Positions 37,239 through 47,912 of a stretch of DNA of 64,000 bases are shown piece after piece (position 1 is the first letter of the stretch; each line of letters starts with the position of its first letter). Under the pieces are notes generated by a model. That model was not told the DNA's origin and made no database searches. It worked only from the letters and a program-made list of their open reading frames with translations. Position numbers and translations under genes: made by a program. Location: the NCBI GenBank assembly GCA_964652615.1, contig CAZZAT010000001.1, positions 8,070-72,069 on the forward strand, read 5' to 3'. This stretch comes from an uncultured Candidatus Saccharibacteria bacterium (GTDB lineage: Bacteria > Patescibacteriota > Minisyncoccia > Phycocordibacterales > Phycocordibacteraceae).

Positions 37239-39929
37239 TTATGCCTCCGCCTTAGCCTTTGGCTTGCGGGTTCTTGAGACAGTACGCTTCACTTCAAAGT
37301 GCGGTTCGGTGCCTTTCATAGAGACGGAGACGGAACCCCCTTCCATGACGCCCTGACCCACCATGAGGGTTGCTATAGGGGTGAGGATTTTATCTTGGAT
37401 AGCGCGCTTCAACGGACGGGCTCCGTACTGCGGGTTGTGTCCAACTTCTGCAAGCCAGAGCTTCACTTCAGGAGCAAGCGTGAGGGTAATGCGCTTCTCT
37501 GCAAGGCGCTTCACCACATCTGCCACCTGCGTATCGACTATCTTCATCAAGGTTTCTTTGCCGAGAATATCGAACATCACAATGTCATCGAGGCGGTTCA
37601 AGAACTCGGGACGAAAGTGCTCTTTGAGTGCCCCCATCACCTTTTCCTTTACCTGTTCGAACTGCATGCTTTCGTCTCCATCGCTAAAGCCAATAGATGC
37701 CATGCGGTCCATAAGCTCTGCGCCAATATTTGAGGTTAGAACAATGATGGTGTTCTTGAAGTTCACCTTGCGGCCCTTGCCGTCAGTCAGGTGTCCTGAA
37801 TCAAGCACTTGCAGCAAGATATTGAATACCTCTGGATGTGCCTTTTCGACTTCATCAAAGAGGACTACGGCATACGGACGATGGCGTATACGTTCAGTGA
37901 GAGATCCCGCCTCTTCATGCCCCACATATCCTGGAGGCGCGCCGATAAGTTTTGCGACGGAATGCTTCTCCATGAATTCCGACATATCAACGCGAACCAA
38001 CGCATCCTTGTCATTGAACATGAATTCTGCAAGCCGACGCGATAGCTCTGTCTTACCAACGCCTGTTGGACCAAGAAAGAGGAAGGAGCCGATAGGCTTG
38101 TTCGGATCTGAAATACCTACGCGTGAGCGCTTCACAGCATCCGTAATGGCTTTCACTGCCTTGTCTTGCCCAATGACGGCATCCTTCAAAGCTTCCTCCA
38201 TGCGTGCAAGTTTTGCAGCCTCTTCTTCGAGCATCTTTGCAACTGGAATACCCGTCCAGCGCGAGACAACACCCGCTATCTCACCCTCCGTCACTTCCTC
38301 TTGGAGGACGCGGCGTGATTTCTGCAGTGTCTTCAGACGCTTCGTCTTAGTCTCAAGTTCTTTCTGAAGAAGCGGAATTTTACCGTAGCGAATTTCAGCG
38401 GCAGTACCAAGGTCCGCAATCGCTTCAGCGTTCTCCGCTTGTACGCGGAACTTATCAAGCTCGCCCTTCAAGGTGCGTATTGCGTGCAAGACGTCTTTCT
38501 CATTCTTCCACTTAAGCTCAAGCTCGGAGGTTTCTTCTTTCAGGTCTGCCATCTCGGTATCAATCGCTTTCAGGCGCTCTTTGATTTCTTTTGCACGAGC
38601 GGGAGACAGCGTTCCTGAATTCGATTCATCTTTTTCAAGCGCCTGGCGCTCAATAGTGAGGCGGCGGATTTTCCTATCTGTCTCTTCAAGCTTTGGCGGC
38701 TTGTTTTCAAGCGCAATACGAAGTCCGGATGCAGCTTCGTCGATAAGGTCGATGGCTTTGTCAGGAAGGAAGCGGTCTGAAATGTAGCGGCTTGAAAGCT
38801 CGACTGCAGACACTATCGCGCCGTCGGTGATGCGCACGCCATGGAACAGCTCGTACTTATCGCGAAGTCCGCGCAAGATAGCGATAGCGTCTTCAACGGA
38901 AGGCTCTTGCACGTATACGGGCTGGAAACGGCGAGTCAGTGCTCCGTCTTTTTCAATATGCTGCTGATATTCGCGAAGCGTGGTTGCGCCGATAATGCGG
39001 ATATCGCCGCGAGAAAGTGCAGGCTTTAGCATATTCGATGCATCCATGGCGCCTTCAGCAGCGCCCGCTCCCACAAGCGTATGCAGCTCGTCAACAAAAA
39101 GAAGTACCTTCCCTTCTGCGCGCTCTACTTCCTTCATCACGCTTTTCATGCGCTCTTCAAATTCACCGCGATACTTCGTGCCCGCTATCATAAGGCCAAG
39201 ATCAAGCGAGAGCAGTTCCTTATTCTTCAAAGATTCCGGCACGTCTCCCTGCGCAATGCGAGAAGCAAGACCCTCTGCAATGGCAGTCTTTCCGACTCCT
39301 GGTTCGCCAATCAAAACTGGATTATTCTTGGTGCGGCGCGAAAGAATTTGGATGACGCGATGAATTTCCGTATCGCGTCCAATGACGGGATCAAGTGCAT
39401 TCTCGGAAGCAAGCTTGGTAAGATTTTTGGTGTACTTTGCAAGCGCGCGGAATTTCTTAGGCTCGATAATATGGCCATCTTTGGAATTCTTCAATTCCTT
39501 TAGCACCTGCATCACCGTCTCCGCATCTATCTTGAAGCGCGCAAGGATATCTCCTGCAGGCCCTGGGTACTCAAGCGTTGCTACAAACAAGTGTTCGGTA
39601 CCCACAAACGCTTCATTCATCTTGGCTGCAACTTTTCCTGCAGCTTCAAGCGCCTGTGCAAGGTCAGGAGTGAGATACAGCTGATATGAGGGGGAGAGCG
39701 TTGCAGACGTTTCAGGAGCTTCAAGCGTCTCAAGAAGCGTGTCGGCAAGCAATAAGCTGTCGACATCCATGTGGTCGAGTACGGAAAAGACAAGCGACTC
39801 TTCTTGATGTACAAGTGCGGCAAGAAGATGCAGCGGCGATACATGGTTTTGCCCGCGCTCTATGGCAAGCTCATGTGCTTTTCGTATCGCTTCTTTAGCT
39901 TTGGTGGTGAAGTGTTTGAAAGGAGGCAT
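37239..39929 (-). CDS. clpB: ATP-dependent chaperone ClpB
   Basis: Two AAA+ modules (GEPGVGKT and GPTGVGKT) and a long coiled-coil middle domain typical of ClpB. Start at [13 protein letters not shown]. Confidence 0.85.
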   Translation of the reverse strand: MPPFKHFTTKAKEAIRKAHELAIERGQNHVSPLHLLAALVHQEESLVFSVLDHMDVDSLLLADTLLETLEAPETSATLSPSYQLYLTPDLAQALEAAGKVAAKMNEAFVGTEHLFVATLEYPGPAGDILARFKIDAETVMQVLKELKNSKDGHIIEPKKFRALAKYTKNLTKLASENALDPVIGRDTEIHRVIQILSRRTKNNPVLIGEPGVGKTAIAEGLASRIAQGDVPESLKNKELLSLDLGLMIAGTKYRGEFEERMKSVMKEVERAEGKVLLFVDELHTLVGAGAAEGAMDASNMLKPALSRGDIRIIGATTLREYQQHIEKDGALTRRFQPVYVQEPSVEDAIAILRGLRDKYELFHGVRITDGAIVSAVELSSRYISDRFLPDKAIDLIDEAASGLRIALENKPPKLEETDRKIRRLTIERQALEKDESNSGTLSPARAKEIKERLKAIDTEMADLKEETSELELKWKNEKDVLHAIRTLKGELDKFRVQAENAEAIADLGTAAEIRYGKIPLLQKELETKTKRLKTLQKSRRVLQEEVTEGEIAGVVSRWTGIPVAKMLEEEAAKLARMEEALKDAVIGQDKAVKAITDAVKRSRVGISDPNKPIGSFLFLGPTGVGKTELSRRLAEFMFNDKDALVRVDMSEFMEKHSVAKLIGAPPGYVGHEEAGSLTERIRHRPYAVVLFDEVEKAHPEVFNILLQVLDSGHLTDGKGRKVNFKNTIIVLTSNIGAELMDRMASIGFSDGDESMQFEQVKEKVMGALKEHFRPEFLNRLDDIVMFDILGKETLMKIVDTQVADVVKRLAEKRITLTLAPEVKLWLAEVGHNPQYGARPLKRAIQDKILTPIATLMVGQGVMEGGSVSVSMKGTEPHFEVKRTVSRTRKPKAKAEA

Positions 39930-39960
39930 ATAGAGAAGGACGATTAGAGGACTCTTGCCA

Positions 39961-40680
39961 TTACGGAATCTGCGCAAGCACGCTCTCTGCTACAGAGCCT
40001 GCGATATACGTGGTACCGCCTGCAAAAAAACCAAGCACTTCCCCAGAGAGACCGACTACCGATGAGCCTGCAAGAAGGCCGGGCAGGGTTGCTTGTAGGC
40101 GTCCTTCTTCGACCTTAGAAATAATGCCGGTGACGGCGCTTCCATCTTGCGAAAGCGCAATCGCAGTCTGTCCCGCCTTTATCGCAGAGGTGTCCGTAAA
40201 GCGAGGAGCTGCGCTGGGTGGAAGAGCGACGTCTCCTGAAACAACATACGCCTTAAGCGCTCCCTGCTCTGCTACCCTATCCGCTTCAACTGATGTGCCG
40301 TTTGAAAAGACAAGTGTTACATGTCCTGGAAGATCAGCTGCGGTAAGGACTGCGCGCTTTGCAGGAACATAGGTGCCAGCAGCAACCGGAGCATCAGCAC
40401 CAGCTCGGTAGATGATGACGCGGCGCGCGGCGCTTCCCGCAATTGCAGAAGTAAGAAGCTCTTCGGTAGTAGGGCCTCCATCGCTTTCAACAACTGACGG
40501 GACCTGGGTTGTTACGGTCTCAATGGTGTGGTCAACGATGCGATTCACTGTTTGCGTAACAGTGGTTGGCGCCTCATCAAGCAAAGAAACAGTTAAAACG
40601 CCGGTAGCGATAGCGACGACGAAGTTGACGAGGATGGTGAGGAGCAGAAGCTGTGATTTCGACAAATCTTCTATATCCAT
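39961..40680 (-). CDS. Membrane-anchored Ala/Val/Thr-rich hypothetical protein (239 aa)
   Basis: N-terminal TM; no catalytic motif recognised. Confidence 0.4.
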   Translation of the reverse strand: MDIEDLSKSQLLLLTILVNFVVAIATGVLTVSLLDEAPTTVTQTVNRIVDHTIETVTTQVPSVVESDGGPTTEELLTSAIAGSAARRVIIYRAGADAPVAAGTYVPAKRAVLTAADLPGHVTLVFSNGTSVEADRVAEQGALKAYVVSGDVALPPSAAPRFTDTSAIKAGQTAIALSQDGSAVTGIISKVEEGRLQATLPGLLAGSSVVGLSGEVLGFFAGGTTYIAGSVAESVLAQIP

Positions 40681-40686
40681 AGGACT

Positions 40687-41853
40687 TCAGTATAGCTTGT
40701 TTTTATCGAGAAATCGAATGCGGGAAATGAGCGCCAAAGCGAAGCGAAGTAGTGTCTTTTCTTGTACCTCTGGCCCCCATGAAATACGCAGTGTTGAAGC
40801 AGCAAGTTCATTCTTCCCTGTTTCAGCAAAAGCCATTCTTGAACCGTCTACAGAATCGCTCTCGCATGCGCTCTTTGTTCCAACCGCATATCCGTCTGCA
40901 TCAAGTAGTGCCTGCAAATAGTCGGTGTCGCGCGATGGAAGTGCGATGGTAAGGAGATGCGGCGCAGCACCCGCTCCACCAAGCACAACAACATTTTCTA
41001 TTTCTTCTTGGATCTTTTGTATAAGGCGGGCACGCATACGTTGTGAGCGCGCGGCAAATTTCTCTCTTTCTTTTTGAGCTTCATGAAGTGCGTGAGCAAA
41101 TGCTTGCGCAAGTGCTGGAGACTCCGTGCCAGAGCGAAGACCTCGTTCTTGTCCGCCTCCAAGATAGAGCGGCAGAAGCTCGGCTCGTGCAGAACGTATA
41201 AGGCATCCTATGCCCCGCACTCCTCCTATCTTCTGCGCATCAAGTGTGAGCAGGTCTGCGCTAAGGCGCTCGCGCTCAAAGGATTCAACGAGAGGGAGCT
41301 GGCTTGCGTCTACGTGTATAAGCGTATGCGTGCACGACGCGCTATCAAGCATGGTACGCAGTTCTCGAGTTGCGTGGCGCATGCCTGTTTCTGGAGATAT
41401 CGCTTCAAGAGAGATGAGCGCTGTGTCTTCCCCAACAAGTTTCTTCAACGCATCGATATCAATTCTTCCTTGTATGAGCGGAAGTGGGACAACGGTTATT
41501 CCCTTTCCGGCCAAGCGCTCCATCACATGTGTGACGGACGCATGCGCTCCTTGATGATAGAAGAACTGTATAGAGGAAGGTGTGCGACCCCCCGCAAGAA
41601 GCTTTGCAGCATAGCCTTCAAGAGCAAGTGTATTTGCTTCAGTAGCTCCCGAAGTGAAGGTGAGATGTTCTTTTTTCGCTGTCGCCATGCGCGCTATACG
41701 CTCGCGCGCTTCCTCAAGGAGTTTTTTGCCGCGCCTCCCTTCCTCATGTGCTGATGAAGGGTTCCCGTATACAGAAAGTGCACGCAAAAATGCACGCTTC
41801 GCACCTTTTGAGACAGGCGCTGCGGCTGCATAGTCGAGATAGACGCGCTTCAT
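40687..41853 (-). CDS. Cysteine desulfurase (class V aminotransferase, NifS/IscS-like)
   Basis: MKRVYLDYAAAAP...GNPSSAHEEGRR...FTSGATEAN; the PLP-lysine region is present. The track ORF N-terminal 97 aa are read-through. Confidence 0.75.
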   Translation of the reverse strand: MKRVYLDYAAAAPVSKGAKRAFLRALSVYGNPSSAHEEGRRGKKLLEEARERIARMATAKKEHLTFTSGATEANTLALEGYAAKLLAGGRTPSSIQFFYHQGAHASVTHVMERLAGKGITVVPLPLIQGRIDIDALKKLVGEDTALISLEAISPETGMRHATRELRTMLDSASCTHTLIHVDASQLPLVESFERERLSADLLTLDAQKIGGVRGIGCLIRSARAELLPLYLGGGQERGLRSGTESPALAQAFAHALHEAQKEREKFAARSQRMRARLIQKIQEEIENVVVLGGAGAAPHLLTIALPSRDTDYLQALLDADGYAVGTKSACESDSVDGSRMAFAETGKNELAASTLRISWGPEVQEKTLLRFALALISRIRFLDKNKLY

Positions 41854-41940
41854 ATGCCGTAATGGTACGACAGGAGTAGAGAAAGTGCATCTGCGAAAAT
41901 GCTTGATGTACGCCGTATTTTGTGATGTAATACTAGGTAT

Positions 41941-43416
41941 ATGGCAGTTTCCCCTCGTCACCCAATCGTCGCCGTCATGGGCCACATCGACCACGGCAAG
42001 TCCTCGCTTTTGGACTATATCCGTAAAGCAAACGTTACCGCAGGAGAAGCGGGCGGTATCACCCAGCACGTATCTGCGTATGTTGCAGAACATGTACATG
42101 AAGGAACTCCTCGAAAAATAACATTCCTTGATACCCCAGGCCACGAAGCGTTCAAAGCGCTACGAGCCCGAGGCGCTGCAGCCGCAGACATTGCCATCCT
42201 CGTTATCGCTGCAGATGAAGGCGTGAAGCCGCAGACCGCCGAAGCGTTTAGTGAGATTACCGCAACAGGCATTCCTTTTGTTGTTGCGTTCACAAAGATT
42301 GATAAGAACGGCGCAGACGTAGAGCGTATAAAAGTATCTGCGCTTGAGGCAGGTATCTATCTTGAGGGACTTGGCGGACAAACTCCCTATGCAGCTGTCT
42401 CTTCAAAAACAGGCGAAGGCGTAGACGCACTCCTTGATCTCGTCTTGCTTACCGCAGATCTTGCAGAACTTACCGCAGACGCATCCCTTCCTGCTTCTGG
42501 TTTTGTGCTTGAGTCTTCTCAAGACCCCAAAAGAGGTATAGGCGCAACGCTCATCATTAAAAACGGAACGCTTGAGACCGGTACGGTAGCGCTTGCAGGA
42601 AGTGCACTTACGCCTGTGCGGTTTATTGAAGACTTCAAGGGCGGGCGTCTTGAAAGCGCAGGACCTTCAGAACCTGTTGCACTCTCTGGTTGGAGCGAGC
42701 TACCTTCTGCAGGCGATTTGTTTACCGTATATCCCTCAAAGAAAGAGGCAGAGAAAGCAAAGAGCGTACCCGAAGCTAAGAAAAATGTCCCCGCAGCAAC
42801 CTCCCTTGAAGGCAAGGTTGCCCTTCCCCTTCTCATAAAAGCTGATGTATCAGGATCTATCGAAGCTATTACCACGATGCTCGGAAAACTCTCGCATGAG
42901 CGTATCGGCATACAGATTATTGGCTCTGGAGTTGGTAGCGTAAGCGAAGCAGATGTGAAGAGCGCTGCGGCGAGCGGCGGCATTATCATCGGTTTTCATG
43001 TGGGCATTGACTCGCTTGCACGCGATCTTGCAGAACGCATGCAGGTGTCTATTGAAACGTTCGACATCATCTATGAACTTCAAAAGCGCGTTGAAGATGT
43101 TCTTATCGAAAAGGCGCCGCGCATGAAAAGCGATGTGGTACAGGGTGAAGCAAAGATACTTAAATCTTTCTCTGTCTCTGGATCAAAGCATGTGCTTGGC
43201 GCGCGCCACCTTAGCGGCACGCTCACGGTTGGTGAGCAGGTAAAGATACTGCGCCGCGATATTGAGCTTGGCCGCGGCCGTCTCTTAAACTTGCAGGCTG
43301 CAAAAGCAGACGTTAAAGAAATACACGTTGAGGGCGAGTTCGGGCTGCAAATAGAATCAAAAATTGATATTGCCGGGGGTGATGTCATTGCAGCATTTCG
43401 CGTCATCGAATCATGA
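41941..43416 (+). CDS. infB: Translation initiation factor IF-2 (short form lacking N-terminal domains)
   Basis: G-domain [28 protein letters not shown], then beta-barrel domains. Confidence 0.85.
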   Translation: MAVSPRHPIVAVMGHIDHGKSSLLDYIRKANVTAGEAGGITQHVSAYVAEHVHEGTPRKITFLDTPGHEAFKALRARGAAAADIAILVIAADEGVKPQTAEAFSEITATGIPFVVAFTKIDKNGADVERIKVSALEAGIYLEGLGGQTPYAAVSSKTGEGVDALLDLVLLTADLAELTADASLPASGFVLESSQDPKRGIGATLIIKNGTLETGTVALAGSALTPVRFIEDFKGGRLESAGPSEPVALSGWSELPSAGDLFTVYPSKKEAEKAKSVPEAKKNVPAATSLEGKVALPLLIKADVSGSIEAITTMLGKLSHERIGIQIIGSGVGSVSEADVKSAAASGGIIIGFHVGIDSLARDLAERMQVSIETFDIIYELQKRVEDVLIEKAPRMKSDVVQGEAKILKSFSVSGSKHVLGARHLSGTLTVGEQVKILRRDIELGRGRLLNLQAAKADVKEIHVEGEFGLQIESKIDIAGGDVIAAFRVIES

Positions 43417-43742
43417 GCCTCCACGACGAACGTCTCTCTTCCCTTCTCGTGCAGCTTGCAGCCGAGTACATTGCACGTGAAGCTGGCAGAGAAACACTCA
43501 TTACCCCTACGCGTGCCGTTATCGGCAAGGACCGTAATGCAATCGTGTTTATAAGCGTATTCCCTGAAGAGCAGGGTCCTCATGCAGTTTCGTTCCTTAT
43601 GCGCCATGCAGACGACTTCCGCGACTATATGAAGAAGCAGGGACGCTTCTCGCACCTGCCGCGTGTCACCTTTATGGTGGATGACGGAGAAGTACAGCGT
43701 CGTCATTTGGACGACCTTTCGCGCGAGCTCGACTCGCGTTAG
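43413..43742 (+). CDS. rbfA: Ribosome-binding factor A
   Basis: Position directly after infB, with KH-like RbfA pattern (ITPTRAVIGKDRNAIVFISVF). Confidence 0.65.
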   Translation: MSLHDERLSSLLVQLAAEYIAREAGRETLITPTRAVIGKDRNAIVFISVFPEEQGPHAVSFLMRHADDFRDYMKKQGRFSHLPRVTFMVDDGEVQRRHLDDLSRELDSR

Positions 43743-43755
43743 TATCAAGCGTATT

Positions 43756-43828
43756 GGCCCAGTGGCGAAGTAGTAACGCAGGGGACTGCAAATCCTCGAT
43801 TGCGCGGGTGCGATTCCCGCCTGGGCCT
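43756..43828 (+). tRNA. tRNA-Cys (anticodon GCA)
   Basis: Acceptor GGCCCAG/CUGGGCC, anticodon loop CUGCAAA, T-arm GCGGG-UGCGAUU-CCCGC. Confidence 0.75.
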
Positions 43829-43854
43829 CATATTGTGTGGTATCCTCGGCACAC

Positions 43855-43943
43855 GCCGAGGTGGTGAAACTGGTAGCCACGGAGGTCTTAAACACCTCTG
43901 GCCTTTAAAAGCCTTGTGGGTTCGATTCCCACCCTCGGCACCA
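43855..43943 (+). tRNA. tRNA-Leu (anticodon UAA), class II, CCA encoded
   Basis: Acceptor GCCGAGG/CCUCGGC, anticodon loop CUUAAAC, long variable arm, T-arm GUGGG-UUCGAUU-CCCAC, and ACCA followed by a T-run. Confidence 0.8.
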
Positions 43944-43975
43944 TTTTTCGGATTCTTCTAGAGGTGCAGTAAGCA

Positions 43976-44242
43976 CTACACGCGCTCGAGCTTCTTGATG
44001 CGACGTTCGTGAGCGATAAGTATCTCAGAGTCCTTGCTCACAGCCTCTGCAACTGCATCTAACGTCTCTGCTACGTCTTCAACTCTATTCTCCAAGCCAC
44101 TCAACCGACGCTCAATACTCGAAAGCCGCACGTCAACATTATCCACGCGATCCTTCATTACCAGAAGGATACTCATCATTTTATTCTGGCTGTTCGCCAC
44201 CTCTCGCAGCGTTGGCTCTTTCTTTGGGTTCTTCGAAGCCAT
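43976..44242 (-). CDS. Small coiled-coil protein (88 aa) inside the tRNA cluster
   Basis: MASKNPKKEPTLREV...LSSIERRLSGLENRVEDVAETLDAVAEAV... shows heptad repeats. Confidence 0.35.
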   Translation of the reverse strand: MASKNPKKEPTLREVANSQNKMMSILLVMKDRVDNVDVRLSSIERRLSGLENRVEDVAETLDAVAEAVSKDSEILIAHERRIKKLERV

Positions 44243-44352
44243 AGTTGGGTAAGTGTAGCATACTCCGCTTTTCGCCCGCTTAGCGGGTGCGGCGTTGTAG
44301 TTATTCACAAAAAGAAATACCCGAACATGCGTTTGGGTATTTCTGTTTCGTG

Positions 44353-44425
44353 TCCGCCTGGTAGGGCTCGAACCTACGACCATCTCCTTAAGAGGGAGTT
44401 GCTCTACCAACTGAGCTACAGGCGG
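44353..44425 (-). tRNA. tRNA-Lys (anticodon CUU), unusual C1-G72
   Basis: Reverse complement CCGCCUG-UA-GCUC-AGUUGGUA-GAGC-A-ACUCC-CUCUUAA-GGAGA-UGGUC-GUAGG-UUCGAGC-CCUAC-CAGGCGG-A. There is an A-A mismatch at 27-43. Terminator hairpin plus U-run follows. Confidence 0.55.
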
Positions 44426-44469
44426 GTGGTCTTTGCAGATTAGCGTGCTCGGTATACTCTTGCAAGATT

Positions 44470-44554
44470 GCCGGGGTGGCGAAATTGGTAGACGCACCTG
44501 CCTTAGGAGCAGGCCCCGCAAGGGATGGAGGTTCGAGTCCTCTCCCCGGCACCA
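44470..44554 (+). tRNA. tRNA-Leu (anticodon UAG), class II, CCA encoded
   Basis: Acceptor GCCGGGG/CCCCGGC, anticodon loop CUUAGGA, T-arm GGAGG-UUCGAGU-CCUCU, ACCA. Confidence 0.8.
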
Positions 44555-44592
44555 AAAAAGAATCGAACGCATACTGCGTTCGATTCTTTGTA

Positions 44593-44850
44593 TTAGGGCA
44601 ACAGCGAATCTGACGTTGCCCCGATAAGTCCCACAATGCCGTTTGCAGCGAAAATAATAGCAAGTCCTACGATACCCCAAATCATGTGGCGGCGCCCGTC
44701 TTCTTTCTCTTTTCCGCCGGTAGCTCCTGCACGTATGTATTCAACAACTCCCCACAGAAAGAGAAGGAAGGCTGCAAGCGCAACAAGCGTCATCAAGGGC
44801 TCTATGAGCTGGCGTACAATTCTTCCTACAAACGATTCAAGTGCTTCCAT
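44593..44850 (-). CDS. Small two-TM pilin-like protein, paralog 1 (85 aa)
   Basis: Shares the pattern hydrophobic helix - G..EEKKKEA/GGKEKEDGRR - second helix (I.G..G.....S.WG.V..L) with the five neighbours. Confidence 0.5.
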   Translation of the reverse strand: MEALESFVGRIVRQLIEPLMTLVALAAFLLFLWGVVEYIRAGATGGKEKEDGRRHMIWGIVGLAIIFAANGIVGLIGATSDSLLP

Positions 44851-44868
44851 GAAGCTAGTATACCTCCC

Positions 44869-45093
44869 CTAGCCTCGCGCAAGCGAAAGTAAGATGTGGA
44901 GGATGAAGGTTAGCGCAAGCACGATAAGGCCATAGAGCATCACGGTCTTCCCATGATCTGCAAGTTCTTCGTCGTACCCTCCTGCAAGAAGGAAGAGGCC
45001 TGCACCCCACGCAAAGGAAGCGATGGACGCAGTAAACAGGATAGGTATGAAAAGCTGGAAGAAAAAATAGGCTGCAATGCTGCCAATAGTCAT
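44869..45093 (-). CDS. Small two-TM pilin-like protein, paralog 2 (74 aa)
   Basis: Same architecture. Confidence 0.45.
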   Translation of the reverse strand: MTIGSIAAYFFFQLFIPILFTASIASFAWGAGLFLLAGGYDEELADHGKTVMLYGLIVLALTFILHILLSLARG

Positions 45094-45165
45094 GTGTAGA
45101 TTCTAGCATCCTTACGTAAAGGAAAAACCGCCGATCTGTATCGGCGGTTTTTCGTACGAGCACCT

Positions 45166-45513
45166 CTAGCGAGGCCCAGGGGCTGGCGGTAGTGGAGGAA
45201 CGTTTGAGTTCAAGTTGAAGGTTCCAACGAGAATGTTCACAAGGCCCCATACCGATACCATCACGAAGAAGCCGACAATGCCGTAGAGCATGAGGTGCGT
45301 TGCTTCTTTCTTCTTCTCTTCACCACCAGCAATGAAGTACTGGAAGACACCCCAGATGAACACGAGGAAGGCGATAGCGAAGATAAGCGGCACCAAGACA
45401 CCATTGATGATGTTGGTGATGGTTGCTGCAAGGCTCGTAATATTTGACTGTGCAAGCGCAAGTGCAGGCAGGGCCCAAGCAGCGGCGGCAGCAATCGGTA
45501 TGAGTTTTTTCAT
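45166..45513 (-). CDS. Small two-TM pilin-like protein, paralog 3 (115 aa) with signal peptide and Pro-rich tail
   Basis: Signal peptide with AQS cleavage-like site, ITNIINGVLVPLIFAIAFLVFIWGVFQYF, EEKKKEATHLMLYGIVGFFVMVSVWGLVN, and a PPLPPAPGPR tail. Confidence 0.5.
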   Translation of the reverse strand: MKKLIPIAAAAAWALPALALAQSNITSLAATITNIINGVLVPLIFAIAFLVFIWGVFQYFIAGGEEKKKEATHLMLYGIVGFFVMVSVWGLVNILVGTFNLNSNVPPLPPAPGPR

Positions 45514-45614
45514 TGATGATTATGTAAGGGCCCTTGTAATGGCTATGGATATAGCATAGTGCTTCATTACGGCGCGTCAATGCACATTATGTGCCTGTGT
45601 GGAAAACGTCACGA

Positions 45615-46076
45615 TTAACCGCCGCAGATATATGTTGCCGTATTGCACGGAACGCCGTACTCACATCCAGGAAGGGGTGGTCGACAACTCTCTCCAACTC
45701 GTCCCCTTCTCGTACGGATGTCACCACCTCCTCCTCCATTACCTCCGCCAAAAATATCTCCAAGTATGTCTTCTACTAGATTGCCCCCGCTTGGCGCTCC
45801 AAAGCTTGGTAGCGGCGGCCTTCCCTGTCCTTGGAAACCAAAGGTGCCAACGAGCACGTTCACCATGCCCCATACAGAAATCATGAGAAAGAACCCGATG
45901 ATGCCGTAAATAGCGAATTTGCGTGCTTCTTTGCGTTTGTCATCGCTGTTGCTGTTAAGAATGAATCCTTGGACAATACCCCAGATAAAAACAAGGAACG
46001 CTATGGTAAAGATAAACGGAACGATGACCGAATTAATGAGGTTTAGAAGAAACGCGAAGAAGTCGAGAATGGGCAT
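45615..46076 (-). CDS. Small two-TM pilin-like protein, paralog 4 (153 aa) with Gly-rich linker and Cys-containing tail
   Basis: Core is near-identical to paralog 3; the C-terminus is GGGNGGGGGD...ESCRPPLPGCEYGVPCNTATYICGG. Confidence 0.5.
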   Translation of the reverse strand: MPILDFFAFLLNLINSVIVPFIFTIAFLVFIWGIVQGFILNSNSDDKRKEARKFAIYGIIGFFLMISVWGMVNVLVGTFGFQGQGRPPLPSFGAPSGGNLVEDILGDIFGGGNGGGGGDIRTRRGRVGESCRPPLPGCEYGVPCNTATYICGG

Positions 46077-46079
46077 GGT

Positions 46080-46319
46080 TTAGAAGAATGAGTACATAAG
46101 CAAGCGCACAAGGCCCCATACGGAAAAGATAACGGCGAGCGCGATGATGCCGGAGACGGCAAACGCACGCCCCTCCTTGCGCTTATCCTCGCTATCGCTG
46201 AAGAAGTAGCGCACAATGCCGAAAAGAAAGAACAGGAACGCAAGCGCGTAGAGAAACGGAATAATAACCGCATCCACTATCGGAACAATTCTGCCGTAGA
46301 CAATATCAGCGAAGGTCAT
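46080..46319 (-). CDS. Small two-TM pilin-like protein, paralog 5 (79 aa)
   Basis: Same architecture (SEDKRKEGRAFAVSGIIALAVIFSVWGLV). Confidence 0.45.
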   Translation of the reverse strand: MTFADIVYGRIVPIVDAVIIPFLYALAFLFFLFGIVRYFFSDSEDKRKEGRAFAVSGIIALAVIFSVWGLVRLLMYSFF

Positions 46320-46597
46320 ATAGCTCCTACGGTTGATTCAATAACAACGGCAAGTCCGCTTGCACCAAGAAGAAGCAGACCGCCAATGACTGTCCAAAGT
46401 AGTGCCTCGCGAGCTTTCTTAATCTCTTCAGGCTTCCCTTGCGCTTTCACAAAGAGAAAGCCGACATACACCAAAACGATAGTGAGAAAGATAGTACCGA
46501 GATACACCACCGCATCAAGAAGAAGCAAGAGAAGGTCAGGCAAGGTACACACCTGAAGCGGATTCACGAGGGCCCCTTCTTGTCCGCAGGTATCCAT
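46316..46597 (-). CDS. Small two-TM pilin-like protein, paralog 6 (93 aa)
   Basis: Same architecture (KPEEIKKAREALLWTVIGGLLLLGASGL). Confidence 0.45.
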   Translation of the reverse strand: MDTCGQEGALVNPLQVCTLPDLLLLLLDAVVYLGTIFLTIVLVYVGFLFVKAQGKPEEIKKAREALLWTVIGGLLLLGASGLAVVIESTVGAI

Positions 46598-46599
46598 AG

Positions 46600-47889
46600 T
46601 TAGCGAAGTGATGCGTTAAGCGCACGCGCGGCGGCCTCAACCGCTTCAGCTGCTTCTTCTCTGCCAGTAAGCATATTCCCTATCATAGCCGAGAAGATAG
46701 CGTCAGTCGCGTCAGGTGAGGGGGATAGCCAACCCTTGGCAAGGAGCGCTTCTGGGTAATAAAGGGTCTGGTAGCGGTCGCTTGCAGAAGGCGTAAGAAG
46801 CGAACGGTGAGCAGGAGCCGCTCCAAGCGTGTTTGCAATAGCAAGTGCTGGCCTATTCTCGGAGAGCGCAGCTGCTACTTTATACGCCCCAGAAGGGTTT
46901 CGTGCCGCTCTTGTTATGGCAAGCGCATACGCTTTTCCGTAGGTTACGCCTCCCGCATTTGTGCCTAGGCGTGGGATCCTTCCCATATCAAAATCAAGGT
47001 TTGGAGAAGCAGCTTTCAAGAGATTAAGCTCTGAAGCAAAGCCTGGATAGAGTGCCAGATCCCCTACGAGAAACGCGGAACGTGAAGATGGTTGGCCTGC
47101 ATTCCATGAATAGAGCGTCCGTGAGGGATTACCGAACTCTGTGTAGTACGTGAGTGCTGCTTCAGCTGCCGTTCTTCCAAAACCTCCTTCTGTGTCGAGC
47201 ACCGCTTGCACGCCCCTATCCGTCTTGGCAGTTATCGGTGTCCCCGCCTGGAGCATGAGGAGTGAAAGAATTGCACGAGCATTCGTTACGTTTGCATAGC
47301 TTCCAAACGGCACAAGACTTTGATCAAGTACGCCTCCTTGGTCGCGTTTAATGATGACGCTTGCAAGCCCTGCAACTGCTTCCCAGGTAGCGGGAGGTGA
47401 CGCAATGCCAGCAGAAGCAAGAATGGTGCGATTGTAGTAGAGGACGAGCGGGTCAAGCGCAAGCGGTATGCCGTAAACGCCCTCATCTGCAAGGAACAGC
47501 TCAAACTCTGGAACAAAGAGATCAACGAAGGTGCGCTCCGGAATGGTTTGGTATGGAATAGGCGCAAGCTTGCCGCGCTCGGCATAGAGCTCTTCTTGTG
47601 AAATGAGTACAAGATCAGGTCCTGTTCCTTCAGCGATGGCATCTGCAAGATCGCGACTGAAGGTTGCCGCAGACATTTCGACATAGCTCACTTCGCTATA
47701 TTCGTTGCTTGAGGCCGTAAGCTCTGAAAGTCCCGCTTCGATAGCGGCTTTTGGCATAAGGCCCCATATCACTACCTGCCCTGCGCGTGCGCTTGCACCT
47801 CCTCCTCCGCTAAAGTTTGCAAAAAGATACAGACTCACAAGTGCGAGTATGCCAAAGGCGACGAGGAGAACGACTTGAAAGATCTTCAT
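46600..47889 (-). CDS. Membrane-anchored extracellular solute-binding-protein-like protein (429 aa)
   Basis: N-terminal TM anchor, then a ~400 aa domain with periplasmic-binding-protein character. Assigned by overall pattern; low confidence. Confidence 0.4.
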   Translation of the reverse strand: MKIFQVVLLVAFGILALVSLYLFANFSGGGGASARAGQVVIWGLMPKAAIEAGLSELTASSNEYSEVSYVEMSAATFSRDLADAIAEGTGPDLVLISQEELYAERGKLAPIPYQTIPERTFVDLFVPEFELFLADEGVYGIPLALDPLVLYYNRTILASAGIASPPATWEAVAGLASVIIKRDQGGVLDQSLVPFGSYANVTNARAILSLLMLQAGTPITAKTDRGVQAVLDTEGGFGRTAAEAALTYYTEFGNPSRTLYSWNAGQPSSRSAFLVGDLALYPGFASELNLLKAASPNLDFDMGRIPRLGTNAGGVTYGKAYALAITRAARNPSGAYKVAAALSENRPALAIANTLGAAPAHRSLLTPSASDRYQTLYYPEALLAKGWLSPSPDATDAIFSAMIGNMLTGREEAAEAVEAAARALNASLR

Positions 47890-47912
47890 ACGTCAATCGT
47901 ACTACATGCGCG

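Noticed and set aside
43976-44680. 234 aa minus-strand ORF spanning tRNA-Lys and tRNA-Leu(UAG)
   Set aside because: It runs through two tRNA genes. Only its 3' 88 codons (43976-44242), a coiled-coil protein with its own ATG, were kept.
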